Below are positions 26,472 to 35,494 of a stretch of 64,000 nt of DNA, piece after piece. The notes beneath the pieces are model-generated. The model was not told the origin of the DNA. It saw only the letters and a program-made list of their open reading frames with translations, and searched no databases. Positions within the stretch are counted from its first letter, which is position 1. Each line of letters opens with the position of its first letter. Source of the DNA: a bacterium (lineage in GTDB: Bacteria; UBP15; UBA6099); NCBI GenBank assembly GCA_041664945.1, contig JBAYJY010000001.1, positions 5,976 through 69,975 of the forward strand. Direction: 5' to 3'. A program made the translations under genes and the position numbers.

Positions 26472-26608
26472 GATAAGCCGCTCCCGATTCGATATCGCCT
26501 TCGCCGGCAATTATAGCGCCGGAACGGGCGATTGTGGGAGCGGCAGGCGGTTGCGGCGCGGCAACAGGCGCCCGAGCGCAGGTTTCAACGGCGGGCCGCC
26601 CATGAAAA

Positions 26609-26636
26609 TTGACGGCCGGCGCGCTTATGCTATAAT
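26609..26636 (+). promoter_or_regulatory. near-consensus sigma-70 promoter (TTGACG-N16-TATAAT) for ugd
   Basis: Hexamers at 26609-26614 and 26631-26636, about 80 nt upstream of ATG 26715. Confidence 0.5.
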
Positions 26637-26714
26637 CCGTAAATACGCATATTTTAACGGGCAATCCGCCGCGCAAAGCCTCGGCGCTGCCTCTTTTGAA
26701 AGGAATCTTCGGCA

Positions 26715-28016
26715 ATGAACATCGCTGTCATAGGAGTGGGCTATGTAGGATTGGTGACGGGCGCGGTTTTCGCGGACCTCGGAAACATGGTTATTTGCGT
26801 GGACAGCCACGAGGACAGGATCGAGAAGCTGCGAAAGCTTGAGATGCCGTTTTACGAACCGGGTCTCGAAGAGATGGTTACGAGAAACGTGGAGGCAAAA
26901 CGTCTGGCGTTCAGCACGGACACGGATACGGCGGTGCGGCGGTCTGAGATAGTGTTCATAGCGGTCGGCACGCCGGCGCAGGAGGACGGCGGGACTGACC
27001 TTTCGCAGGTGGAGGCGTCGGCCGCGGCGATCGGCCGCGCGGTGAACGACTATAAAATCGTTGTGAACAAGAGCACGGTTCCGGTTGGAACGGGCGACCT
27101 CGTTAAAAACATCATAGAGCGTTTCAAGCCGAAAGATGTCGAGGTTGAAGTTGTTTCAAACCCTGAATTTCTGGCCGAGGGCACGGCGATCTCGGACGCT
27201 CTGTCTCCAGACCGCATCGTGATCGGCGCGCCGAGCAAGCGCGTGGCGATGAAGCTGATCGAGCTGTATTCGGCGCTCGAAAAACCGATGGTGGTAACTT
27301 CGGTGCGCAGCGCCGAGATGATTAAATATGCGTCGAACGCGTTTCTCGCCACAAAGATTTCGTTTATCAATTCGGTGGCGAACCTGTGCGAGAAGACGGG
27401 CGCTGACATCGAGGAAGTGACGCGCGGCGTGGGGCTGGACGAGCGCATAGGCAGCCGTTTTCTGCGCGCGGGCATCGGTTACGGCGGCTCGTGCTTCCCG
27501 AAGGACACCGAGTCGTTGCTATATGTCTCCCGCAAATTCGGCGAGGAGATGACGCTGGTGAGCGAGGCGATAAGGATAAACAAGCAGCAACCCTACCGGC
27601 TCATAGAAAAAGCGGAGAAAGCGCTTGGAGGCCTGAAGGGGAAAACGATTGGGGCGCTCGGCCTGTCGTTCAAGCCGGGAACGGACGATCTGCGCGATTC
27701 AAGCGCGCTCGCGATTGTAGCGCGGCTGATAGAACTCGGAGCGCGCGTTCAGGCTTACGACCCGATGGCGATGGAGAAATGCAAGCCGCTGCATCCGGAG
27801 ATTAATTATTGCGACGACGCTTACGCCGCCGCCGCCGGAGCAGACGCGCTGATGACGCTTACCGAATGGAACCACTTCAAACAGTTGAGTTTCCCGCGCC
27901 TTAAGGAAGTCATGAAGAGCGCGTTTATTTTTGACGGACGCAACATATACAATCCTGACACGGTGCGCGCCGCTGGATTTAAATATTACGGGATCGGCCG
28001 CGAGTCGGAAGGCTGA
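26715..28016 (+). CDS. ugd: UDP-glucose 6-dehydrogenase
   Basis: MNIAVIGVGYVGLVTG Rossmann motif and catalytic GGSCFPKD. Confidence 0.9.
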   Translation: MNIAVIGVGYVGLVTGAVFADLGNMVICVDSHEDRIEKLRKLEMPFYEPGLEEMVTRNVEAKRLAFSTDTDTAVRRSEIVFIAVGTPAQEDGGTDLSQVEASAAAIGRAVNDYKIVVNKSTVPVGTGDLVKNIIERFKPKDVEVEVVSNPEFLAEGTAISDALSPDRIVIGAPSKRVAMKLIELYSALEKPMVVTSVRSAEMIKYASNAFLATKISFINSVANLCEKTGADIEEVTRGVGLDERIGSRFLRAGIGYGGSCFPKDTESLLYVSRKFGEEMTLVSEAIRINKQQPYRLIEKAEKALGGLKGKTIGALGLSFKPGTDDLRDSSALAIVARLIELGARVQAYDPMAMEKCKPLHPEINYCDDAYAAAAGADALMTLTEWNHFKQLSFPRLKEVMKSAFIFDGRNIYNPDTVRAAGFKYYGIGRESEG

Positions 28017-28115
28017 ATGATAAAAGACGGCGTTTGGCTAAAGAGTAAAGGCTTTAAAGCTTTTAGCCCAATGTCTAAAGTCTAAGGCACAAAGCCGCTT
28101 TTAGGGAGGTTTCAA

Positions 28116-29126
28116 ATGTCCACAGATATGACGCGAGAGATAACGTTCGAGTTCGTGCGCGTGACGGAGGCGGCGGCGCTGAAGGCGAGCCGCTGGATGG
28201 GGCGTGGCGACAAGAACGGGGCGGACAAAGCGGCGACGGACGCGATGCGCGGGATGTTGGACCTTGTGAACATAAACGGAAAAGTGGTTATCGGGGAGGG
28301 CGAGAAGGATGAGGCGCCGATGCTGTACATAGGCGAGCGTGTTGGAGGCGGCGGCATACACGACGCGCGCGTGGACATAGCGGTAGATCCGTTGGACGGC
28401 ACGACTCTGACGTCGAAAGGGCTGCCAGGCGCGATATCCGTGCTCGCCGCGGGAAACGCGGGAACGCTAACGGCGCTGCCGAGTTTTTATGTGGATAAAA
28501 TTGCGGTCGGCCCGGCGGCGAAAGGCTGCATCGACCTGAACGACAGCGTGCGGAACAACCTGAAGCGGGTGGCTAAAGCGCTCGATTTCCAAATCGGAGA
28601 GCTGACGGTCGTCATGCTCGACCGGCCGAGGCATCAGAAGCTGATCGGACAGGTGCGGCAGACCGGCGCGCGGGTGAAACTGATCAGCGACGGAGACGTG
28701 GACGGAGCGATCTCCACCGCGATCACGTCGTCGGGAAGCAACATCCTGATGGGTGTCGGCGGAGCCCCGGAAGCGGTTCTGGCGGCTGCGGCTCTCAAAT
28801 GCCTCGGCGGCGAAATGCAGGTGAAAATCTGGCCGCGCGACGAGGATGAAAAAAAGAAACTCGCCGACGCCGGCTATAAAAAGAAGGAACTTGATTTCGT
28901 ATATACGCTGGATGATCTCTGCAAGGGCGACAGCGTCATTTTCTCCGCCACCGGCGTCACCGGCGGCGATTTCCTCGACGCTGTTCTGTTCGAGGGCGAC
29001 ACCGCGACGACGCACTCTGTCGTCATGCGAGCCCGCACACGCACCGTGCGCTACATCAAGGCCGTCCACCAGTTGAAAATCAAAACCGTTCCCTCGCGCG
29101 GCGAAAACCGCGAAGTCGGAATTTGA
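28116..29126 (+). CDS. glpX: class II fructose-1,6-bisphosphatase GlpX
   Basis: FVRVTEAAALKASRWMGRGDKNGADKAATDAMR..IGEGEKDEAPMLYIGE..DPLDGTT closely follows E. coli GlpX. Confidence 0.9.
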   Translation: MSTDMTREITFEFVRVTEAAALKASRWMGRGDKNGADKAATDAMRGMLDLVNINGKVVIGEGEKDEAPMLYIGERVGGGGIHDARVDIAVDPLDGTTLTSKGLPGAISVLAAGNAGTLTALPSFYVDKIAVGPAAKGCIDLNDSVRNNLKRVAKALDFQIGELTVVMLDRPRHQKLIGQVRQTGARVKLISDGDVDGAISTAITSSGSNILMGVGGAPEAVLAAAALKCLGGEMQVKIWPRDEDEKKKLADAGYKKKELDFVYTLDDLCKGDSVIFSATGVTGGDFLDAVLFEGDTATTHSVVMRARTRTVRYIKAVHQLKIKTVPSRGENREVGI

Positions 29127-29238
29127 TATTTCCTAATAGGCATGTATCAAGTTGTTTATTGGGAACGCTTTTCGCGCTAAAATGCGACAGCATAAAATTG
29201 GTTTTTCAGAGAAACGGCGCAAACAGCGCCCATTGAAT

Positions 29239-29847
29239 TCATTTTCTTAATTTCAGAATATAGCTCTTTCGGGCGGCGATTTCATCTATCAGGGAATGAA
29301 GCGCTTTGGATTTTTCCTTTGTCTGCAATCCGGCGGAATTTTTCTTCGCTTTGGCCAGAGCCGCTCTCAATTCTGCGATCTCCAAAACGGTCGCCGCAAT
29401 GCAATAATAACTCATTGATCTGCCGTCATTAAATTCCGACATCATTCTTTTTAGCAATTTTTCTCTTTCTTTCTGGTTCTTCTCAAAAGCGGCGAGGCCG
29501 TGCAATTCTATTGCGGCGATATCGCGTTCCAGCGTCTGATAGCATTTAAAAGAGTCGTGGTTTCTTCCGGACTCTCTGTGTTTTTTCCATTTTTCACAAG
29601 ACTTGTTTTCTTCGCATTCCCGGCAAAATTCGATTCCTTTTCTTTTTACGGCGCAAGTTATAAACGGGCATCCGGCGTCCATTCTTGAATCTGTTTTGCA
29701 GCCAAAGCATTTGCTTTTGCTTTCCGATTGATATCGCGGGCACAACCTGCAAGATAAGCCGCAGACGCCGATTTCGGGGTGTTTGATTATTAATGAATCT
29801 GTTTTGGTTGTTTTTAGCATAATTTGAATCGTTTCAGAATATTCCAA
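29239..29847 (-). CDS. DUF3795-like Cys-rich protein
   Basis: CGLSCRLCPRY..CFGC..CPFITC..CRECEENKSC pattern. Lies in a visibly AT-richer stretch. Confidence 0.6.
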   Translation of the reverse strand: MEYSETIQIMLKTTKTDSLIIKHPEIGVCGLSCRLCPRYQSESKSKCFGCKTDSRMDAGCPFITCAVKRKGIEFCRECEENKSCEKWKKHRESGRNHDSFKCYQTLERDIAAIELHGLAAFEKNQKEREKLLKRMMSEFNDGRSMSYYCIAATVLEIAELRAALAKAKKNSAGLQTKEKSKALHSLIDEIAARKSYILKLRK

Positions 29848-30028
29848 TTAATATCCATGCTAATGCCTACATTAAATATGGCAAGCTGTCCAGTCAGATT
29901 GAGCGGGCGTGAATTCAAGGGGAGGGATCGATGCCATATCGCGCCTAATGGAATATTTTTCTTGATATAGTCGCCGGAAGGGCATAAAATAAGCGCTGTA
30001 TTAAAAGATTCGAGGGGGGTATTCATAA

Positions 30029-30907
30029 ATGCGTAAGGCGATGTTGTTTGTAATTTGCGCTGTATTTATCTTGACGGCTTCCGCCGCGCAAGCGGAGACT
30101 GCGAAGGGCCTCTGGGCAAAGGTGAACGATAAAATCTCCCGGATTAAGGATTATCAATGCGTGCTCAACACGTTTAACGTAGACACACCGACGGCGATAA
30201 AGTACCGGCCGAAGGCAAGCGACGGCAGGGTGTTTCCCGAAAACTGGTCGACGATCAGAATTGAAATGACCTGGAAGGAACCCGGCTACTCATACGTGAA
30301 AGTGCTGTCCGCGGACAACTCGGGGCAGGACCTCGCCGCGCGGCAGGTGAAAAAGAAACCCGGCACGCAGATTGTTTTTGGCTATAAAGATAAGAAGGAT
30401 ATTTACGGAAAGTTCCCGAAATCAGGCGATCCGGCGATCGACAAACAGCTCGACAAGCGGATATTCCACATGCCAATCGCCGCATTTGAAATCCCGCGGT
30501 CCATCATTGGTTACCACCAGAACGTGAAAACCGTCATGGCGTTTCTCGACAGCTATTTCAAAAGCGGCAAGGTCACGCTCGACGAGGCGCCGATGCCGAT
30601 GAAGAAGAATCTCTCTTACAACCCCGACAACAAATCGCTGAAGTTCGACATTGAGAAAACGTCGCGCCCGTTTTACCGGCTCACCATGATTCCCGGCAGT
30701 GTAGCCGACAATATCGGCGTAACGAAGGATATCGTTTATATCAATCCGACATCCCTGCTGCCCGCGCAGATCGAGTCGTATGAGGGCGACCGGCTCGTTA
30801 TGGTTCTCAGCATAGAGGACCTGCAGGTCAACACCGGCATAGACGATTCGCTCTGGGTAAGCTATTTCAAAGGCGCCCAGATATTCTCGCCGGGAAATTC
30901 GAAGTAG
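30029..30907 (+). CDS. secreted hypothetical protein (possibly LolA-like fold)
   Basis: Signal peptide MRKAMLFVICAVFILTASAAQA. No catalytic motifs. AT-richer codon usage than its neighbours. Confidence 0.45.
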   Translation: MRKAMLFVICAVFILTASAAQAETAKGLWAKVNDKISRIKDYQCVLNTFNVDTPTAIKYRPKASDGRVFPENWSTIRIEMTWKEPGYSYVKVLSADNSGQDLAARQVKKKPGTQIVFGYKDKKDIYGKFPKSGDPAIDKQLDKRIFHMPIAAFEIPRSIIGYHQNVKTVMAFLDSYFKSGKVTLDEAPMPMKKNLSYNPDNKSLKFDIEKTSRPFYRLTMIPGSVADNIGVTKDIVYINPTSLLPAQIESYEGDRLVMVLSIEDLQVNTGIDDSLWVSYFKGAQIFSPGNSK

Positions 30908-30970
30908 TTTCGCCGCCCGGATCGTCGAGACGCGCTGATCGGAAGGCGCAAAATCGCCATTATTTATTCC

Positions 30971-30999
30971 TTGCATAGATTTTTCATGGCTGATATAAT
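30971..30999 (+). promoter_or_regulatory. strong sigma-70-like promoter (TTGCAT-N17-TATAAT)
   Basis: Hexamers at 30971-30976 and 30994-30999. The predicted start site lies downstream of the ORF-track start at 31003, which supports ATG 31054. Confidence 0.55.
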
Positions 31000-31053
31000 A
31001 GGTTGCCCGTTGCGAAGCGGTGGCCTCCTAAATCTAGAACATGGGTAAAGCGG

Positions 31054-32265
31054 ATGAAAATCATCTCTGAGAAGTTAAGGCATTTTCTGATACCGGCGTG
31101 CGTCGCGTTGGCGTTGGCGTGTTTCAGCGCCTCGGCAATGGCCCAGGAAACGCGGGTGGACCTGATTCTGGACAATGGAACGGTCCTTATCTACAAAGCG
31201 AAAGCGGCCGGCTACAAGGAAGGCCAGATACTCAACGTTGTCCGGGACGGCGCGGTAGTTGGGACGGTTGAAGTTTTGAAGATGCTGCCCGCATATGCGC
31301 AGGCGAAGATAGTGAGCGGCGCGAACGCAATAAAGGAATTAGATATAGTAGTGTCTGCCGATGCGGCGAAAGCAGACGCGGGCAGCAAGGCGGCGGGCGC
31401 GCCGGCTAAGAGCGGGCCTGCGGCTACGGCGAAAAGCGAACCCGCGGCGGCAGCTCCGGCCGCGAGCGGCGCAGCGAAACCCAGCAGCAGAGGCGGCGGA
31501 ACGGCAGCGGCGACTCCAGCCCCGGCGGCCGATGCGGCGGCGGCTCCCGCAGCAGCTCCAAAGCGAACGAGCAGAAGGGGCGCGGCAGCGGCCCCGGCGG
31601 CAGATTCCAGCGGCGAAGCAGCGGCCCCGGCGGCAGATGACGCCGCTCCCAAGCGAACAAGCAGAAGAGGCGCGGCGGCGGCTCCTGCTGAGGACGAAGG
31701 CGGCGAAGCGGCTGCTCCGGCAGGCGATGAGTCCGTCGGACAGGCGCAGCAGCCGAAGGTTCTCAACAAGGAAACGCCTTATGTTATACATGTCGGATAT
31801 TTTTTCCTGAATCAGGAGCTTCCGGGCACGGTCATCAGCGACTCGCCGGCTCCCATGTTCGGGATTGATTACTGGCTGCCGCCGAAGAAAAAGAATAGCG
31901 GCCGCATGATTTACAGCATGATGTATTCGAGGCCGGTCACAAAATTCGTATACAATAACCAGACTATGCGTTCGCAGTTCAAGATGACGCAGCTGTCGGT
32001 CGGCTATATTTGGGACAACCTTTCCACAAAGTTTGTTGGAACCAACGGCATGTACGGCGGAGTCAGCGTGGGATACCGCACGGCGTCAACTCAGTTGTTT
32101 TGCGAAGTTTCCTGCACGGGCACGGAATCGTTTGTGAAAAAATCGCTGGCGGGAACGGATTTCCATGCAATTCTCGGATACCGTTTCATGAAGAAGTATG
32201 AAGCAAAATTCGATTACTCTATCGATGAAGGGTATTACTCGCTCGACATCGGAATGAGATATTGA
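31054..32265 (+). CDS. exported protein with an Ala/Pro-rich repetitive linker and a C-terminal beta-barrel-like domain
   Basis: Signal peptide LIPACVALALACFSASAMAQE. Low-complexity A/P region with a repeated APKRTSRRGAAAAPA. C-terminal alternating aromatic pattern ending ..GMRY. Confidence 0.5.
   Translation: MKIISEKLRHFLIPACVALALACFSASAMAQETRVDLILDNGTVLIYKAKAAGYKEGQILNVVRDGAVVGTVEVLKMLPAYAQAKIVSGANAIKELDIVVSADAAKADAGSKAAGAPAKSGPAATAKSEPAAAAPAASGAAKPSSRGGGTAAATPAPAADAAAAPAAAPKRTSRRGAAAAPAADSSGEAAAPAADDAAPKRTSRRGAAAAPAEDEGGEAAAPAGDESVGQAQQPKVLNKETPYVIHVGYFFLNQELPGTVISDSPAPMFGIDYWLPPKKKNSGRMIYSMMYSRPVTKFVYNNQTMRSQFKMTQLSVGYIWDNLSTKFVGTNGMYGGVSVGYRTASTQLFCEVSCTGTESFVKKSLAGTDFHAILGYRFMKKYEAKFDYSIDEGYYSLDIGMRY
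31555..31734 (+). repeat. 2 x 90-nt in-frame tandem repeat inside the CDS
   Basis: Units start at 31555 (GCTCCAAAGCGAACGAGCAGAAGGGGCGCGGC..) and 31645 (GCTCCCAAGCGAACAAGCAGAAGAGGCGCGGC..). Confidence 0.6.
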
Positions 32266-32390
32266 CAGGTTAGCCGCGTTCCCGGCGCAATCTTTTACCG
32301 CTAAGGCATAAGCGCGAAAGGATTTTTGTTAGTATTTATCGCGCCCACGGGTTTTTTCGCGCATATTCTTCCGCAATTGGAGATAGGCAC

Positions 32391-33509
32391 ATGAGTGACG
32401 ACACGACATCTAAACTTGCGCTCTTTGACGCATACCCTGCGCTGGCGGACAAGCTTCCGCGGATTCCGATCGGCAAATTCCCGACGCCCGTTCAGGAGGC
32501 TCCCGCGCTCGCGGAGGCGATCGGCGTGGGCCGCATGTTCATCAAGCGCGATGACCTAACACACCCGCTTTACGGCGGCAATAAGGTGCGGAAGCTGGAG
32601 TTTATCCTGGCGGACGCGGCGCGGCGTGGATATAAGAAAGTCATCACGTTTGGCGGAATCGGGTCGAACCATTTCCTCGCGACAACGATTCACGCCGGGG
32701 AAAACGGAATGAAAGCGATCGGCGTGCTCGTGCCGCAGCCGGTGACGGCGCACGTCAGGCACAATATGCTGTGCGATATTCACTTCGGGGCGGAGATGCA
32801 TCTCGCGGATGGTTACGCCGCCGTGACAGCGACCGCGTTGCGAGTGATTGCTGAAACGGCGCTCAAGGACGGCAAGCCGCCCTATCTGATACCCACGGGC
32901 GGTTCGGCGGTGGCCGGCGTTATTGGCTATGTTAGCGCCGCGTTCGAGCTGAAGCGACAGATTAAGGATGGCGAACTGCCGGAACCGGACTATATATTCG
33001 TAGCGGTCGGCACGGCCGGCACGGCGTCGGGATTGATCGCCGGATGCCGCGCGGCGGGACTCAAGACACGCATCGTGGGCGTGAAGGTAACGGACTGGGT
33101 TGTAGGCAACACGGTAGTTCTTTCCTCGCTCGCGAATCAGGCCACGCTGAAACTCTTCTCGCTCGAACGGAAGTTTCCGCTGAATATAATCTCGCCGTTC
33201 GGCGTGGAGTTGCTGACTGATTATTTCGGCGCCGAGTACGGACGTTTCACCCGCGAGGGGCTCGAGGCGATAGAGATGGTCAAGCGGCATGCGGGCTTGG
33301 AACTGGAGGGAGTATACACGGGCAAGACGTTCGCGGGTCTCGTCGGGACCGCGCGAAAAAAGGATTTCTCGGACAAGACGGTTTTGTTCTGGAATACATA
33401 TAATTCGTCGGACCTCTCGCAGATCGAGGCGCAGCACGACTGTTCCGAGCTTCCTGAGGAGTTCAGACAGTTCTTCGATTGCCCCGAACACACTCATGAT
33501 GATGTATAA
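32391..33509 (+). CDS. ACC deaminase / D-cysteine desulfhydrase family PLP-dependent enzyme
   Basis: YGGNKVRKLEFILADA (PLP lysine block), GGIGSNH, VGTAGTASGL. Confidence 0.8.
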   Translation: MSDDTTSKLALFDAYPALADKLPRIPIGKFPTPVQEAPALAEAIGVGRMFIKRDDLTHPLYGGNKVRKLEFILADAARRGYKKVITFGGIGSNHFLATTIHAGENGMKAIGVLVPQPVTAHVRHNMLCDIHFGAEMHLADGYAAVTATALRVIAETALKDGKPPYLIPTGGSAVAGVIGYVSAAFELKRQIKDGELPEPDYIFVAVGTAGTASGLIAGCRAAGLKTRIVGVKVTDWVVGNTVVLSSLANQATLKLFSLERKFPLNIISPFGVELLTDYFGAEYGRFTREGLEAIEMVKRHAGLELEGVYTGKTFAGLVGTARKKDFSDKTVLFWNTYNSSDLSQIEAQHDCSELPEEFRQFFDCPEHTHDDV

Positions 33510-33736
33510 TAAGAGAATGATGGGCTGAAAGGCGCCGGGATAGAATAGCGACCAAGCTGATTCCGGCGCGGAAAGTGAAGGGAAACTAATTCGGAAACGG
33601 CGCATTTCTCTCGCGGTGACGCGGGCTCCCTATGCGGAATTGTTTTTTCTCTCACGCTTTTCAAAATGTTTGGTTAAAATATAAGAATGAAATAAGTCTT
33701 AGTGAACGGACTTAATATTAATGGAGGTTATATTAG

Positions 33737-35068
33737 ATGTTAGAGGAATATAAGAGAATCGGAGAGAAGCTGCTTGAGGGCTGGAAGGGCGATAGATATA
33801 CATTCGGCGGCGGGGCGCTGTCGGCGGCGGGCAAATACGCGGCGGAGTACGGGAAGCGCGCATTGGTTGTGGCGGCGCAGCATGGAGAGCCGGGCGGCGA
33901 GTGGATGGAGCCGATACTGAAGCAGGTGACGGACGGGCTGGCGGCGGAAGGCGTCGATTGCGTTGCGATCGAGCGCGGAGCGCGTCCGAATGCGCCGCGC
34001 GAGGATGTGTACCGGATAGCGGCCGCGATAGCGGCGGCGAAGCCGGACAGCGTTGTCGCCGTGGGCGGGGGCAGCACGATAGACGCATGCAAGGCGGCGG
34101 CGGTTCTCGCTACTTACGGCGGAAACGACATCGAACCTTATTTCGGCGTGGACCTCGTGGCGGCCGTTGCGGCCGAGAAGGGCAAGGCTCCGATCCCGGT
34201 TATAGCCGCGCAGACCGCGCCAAGTTCCGGCGCGCACCTGACGAAATATTCAAACATAACGGATCCGGAGACGGGGATCAAAAAACTGATCGTGGACGAA
34301 ACGATCGTTCCGCCCGCCGCCGTGTTCGATTACGAAATAACAGTAAACACGCCGATGGGGCTGACGCTCGACGGTGCGCTCGACGGGATCGCGCACTGCT
34401 GGGAAGTGTTCATGGGCGCGAACGGGAAAGTTTATTACGAGGAAATAAAAGATATCACGATCGCCGCCACGCAACTGATAGTGAATGCGCTGCCGGTCGT
34501 TGTGAAGGATCCGATGGACATAGAGGCGCGCGAGGCGCTCGGGATCGGAACCGATCTCGGCGGCTACGCAATAATGATCTCAAAACGAAACCCGCGAACG
34601 GGCGCGGACGAGAAGGGCGGCACGAACGGCGGTCATCTCGGCTCGTTCCAGCTCATTAATTACCTCGCGCACGGTCGCGCCTGCGCGGTGTTGAACCCCT
34701 ATTACACCGTTCTTTTCGCGGATGCGATTGTTGACCAGTGCCGCACGATCGGCGCGATCTTCAAGGAGGCCGGCTTCATTCCTAAAGACATGGATCTCGC
34801 GAAACTCAGCAGCAGAGATCTGGCGGAGGCTGTCGCCGAGGGCATGATCGGGTTCTCGATGAGTATAGGTTTCCCGGCCACGCTGGAGGAAGCCGGAGTC
34901 CCGGAGTCGCAAATCGACATTATGATCGAGGCGTCTAAGAATCCGCAACTCAAGATGAAACTTCAGAACATGCCCATGCCGTTAGATGTTGAGGCTGGCG
35001 AGATCGACACCAAGATGGGACCGACGCTTCGCGCTGCGTTCACTGGCGACCTGAGTCTTATTCCATGA
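33737..35068 (+). CDS. iron-containing alcohol dehydrogenase family protein
   Basis: VVAVGGGSTIDACKAAAV and a later His-containing metal-site region (DGIAHCWE). About 443 aa. Confidence 0.8.
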   Translation: MLEEYKRIGEKLLEGWKGDRYTFGGGALSAAGKYAAEYGKRALVVAAQHGEPGGEWMEPILKQVTDGLAAEGVDCVAIERGARPNAPREDVYRIAAAIAAAKPDSVVAVGGGSTIDACKAAAVLATYGGNDIEPYFGVDLVAAVAAEKGKAPIPVIAAQTAPSSGAHLTKYSNITDPETGIKKLIVDETIVPPAAVFDYEITVNTPMGLTLDGALDGIAHCWEVFMGANGKVYYEEIKDITIAATQLIVNALPVVVKDPMDIEAREALGIGTDLGGYAIMISKRNPRTGADEKGGTNGGHLGSFQLINYLAHGRACAVLNPYYTVLFADAIVDQCRTIGAIFKEAGFIPKDMDLAKLSSRDLAEAVAEGMIGFSMSIGFPATLEEAGVPESQIDIMIEASKNPQLKMKLQNMPMPLDVEAGEIDTKMGPTLRAAFTGDLSLIP

Positions 35069-35131
35069 AATAAAGGCGGGAAAAGACAAGCTTCTTCTCT
35101 TTCCCGCGAATCACAAAACGAAGTAATACAT

Positions 35132-35173
35132 AACGCCCCGGTTCGAAAAGCCGGGGCGTTTTTAATTTTTTTT
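35132..35173 (+). terminator. rho-independent terminator after the Fe-ADH gene
   Basis: Perfect 10-bp stem AACGCCCCGG/CCGGGGCGTT followed by TTTTAATTTTTTTT. Confidence 0.8.
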
Positions 35174-35206
35174 CAGCCGCCGCAGAACTATTTTTTACTT
35201 GTCGCC

Positions 35207-35234
35207 TAAAGATAGATACATAAAAAGCCGATAG
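35207..35234 (+). promoter_or_regulatory. sigma-28 (FliA)-type promoter TAAA-N16-GCCGATAG
   Basis: TAAA at 35207-35210 and GCCGATA at 35227-35233. The consensus is TAAA-N15-GCCGATAA. It sits upstream of the flagellin gene. Confidence 0.5.
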
Positions 35235-35494
35235 TTGAGTAAGAAGTCGAGAAACCGGCGAAAAGCCGTGAATTAAGACTTTAAGGCAAGGATGCCGGCA
35301 GGCTGTTCCGGAGCCTGAAAACGAAGGACCGTTTTCGAGCTTACGAAACCTCAATTAATTTAGCTATTACCGACCGGATTTAACGCCTGTCAAAATTTCA
35401 GAGTCGTATGGCTGCGGCCATCTGTTCGCGTCCTGACAGGGCGCTGCTGTTGGCGCATTTTATGGGGTTCTGATATTAAACGGAGTTGGTCGTT

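Noticed and set aside
31003-31053. Upstream start of ORF 31003..32265
   Set aside because: The strong promoter at 30971-30999 would start transcription at or after ~31005. The Met at 31054 begins a proper signal peptide.
33510-33736. Possible cobalamin-type riboswitch upstream of the Fe-ADH gene (GAAGGGAAA, paired GC-rich segments)
   Set aside because: I could not find a B12 box (GCCACTG-like) or a convincing multi-stem architecture. The resemblance is limited to a short purine-rich string.
35451-35467. Sigma-54-like TGGCGC-N5-ATGG just upstream of the flagellin RBS
   Set aside because: The -12 element lacks the conserved TTGC/GC. The sigma-28 motif further upstream is a much better fit.
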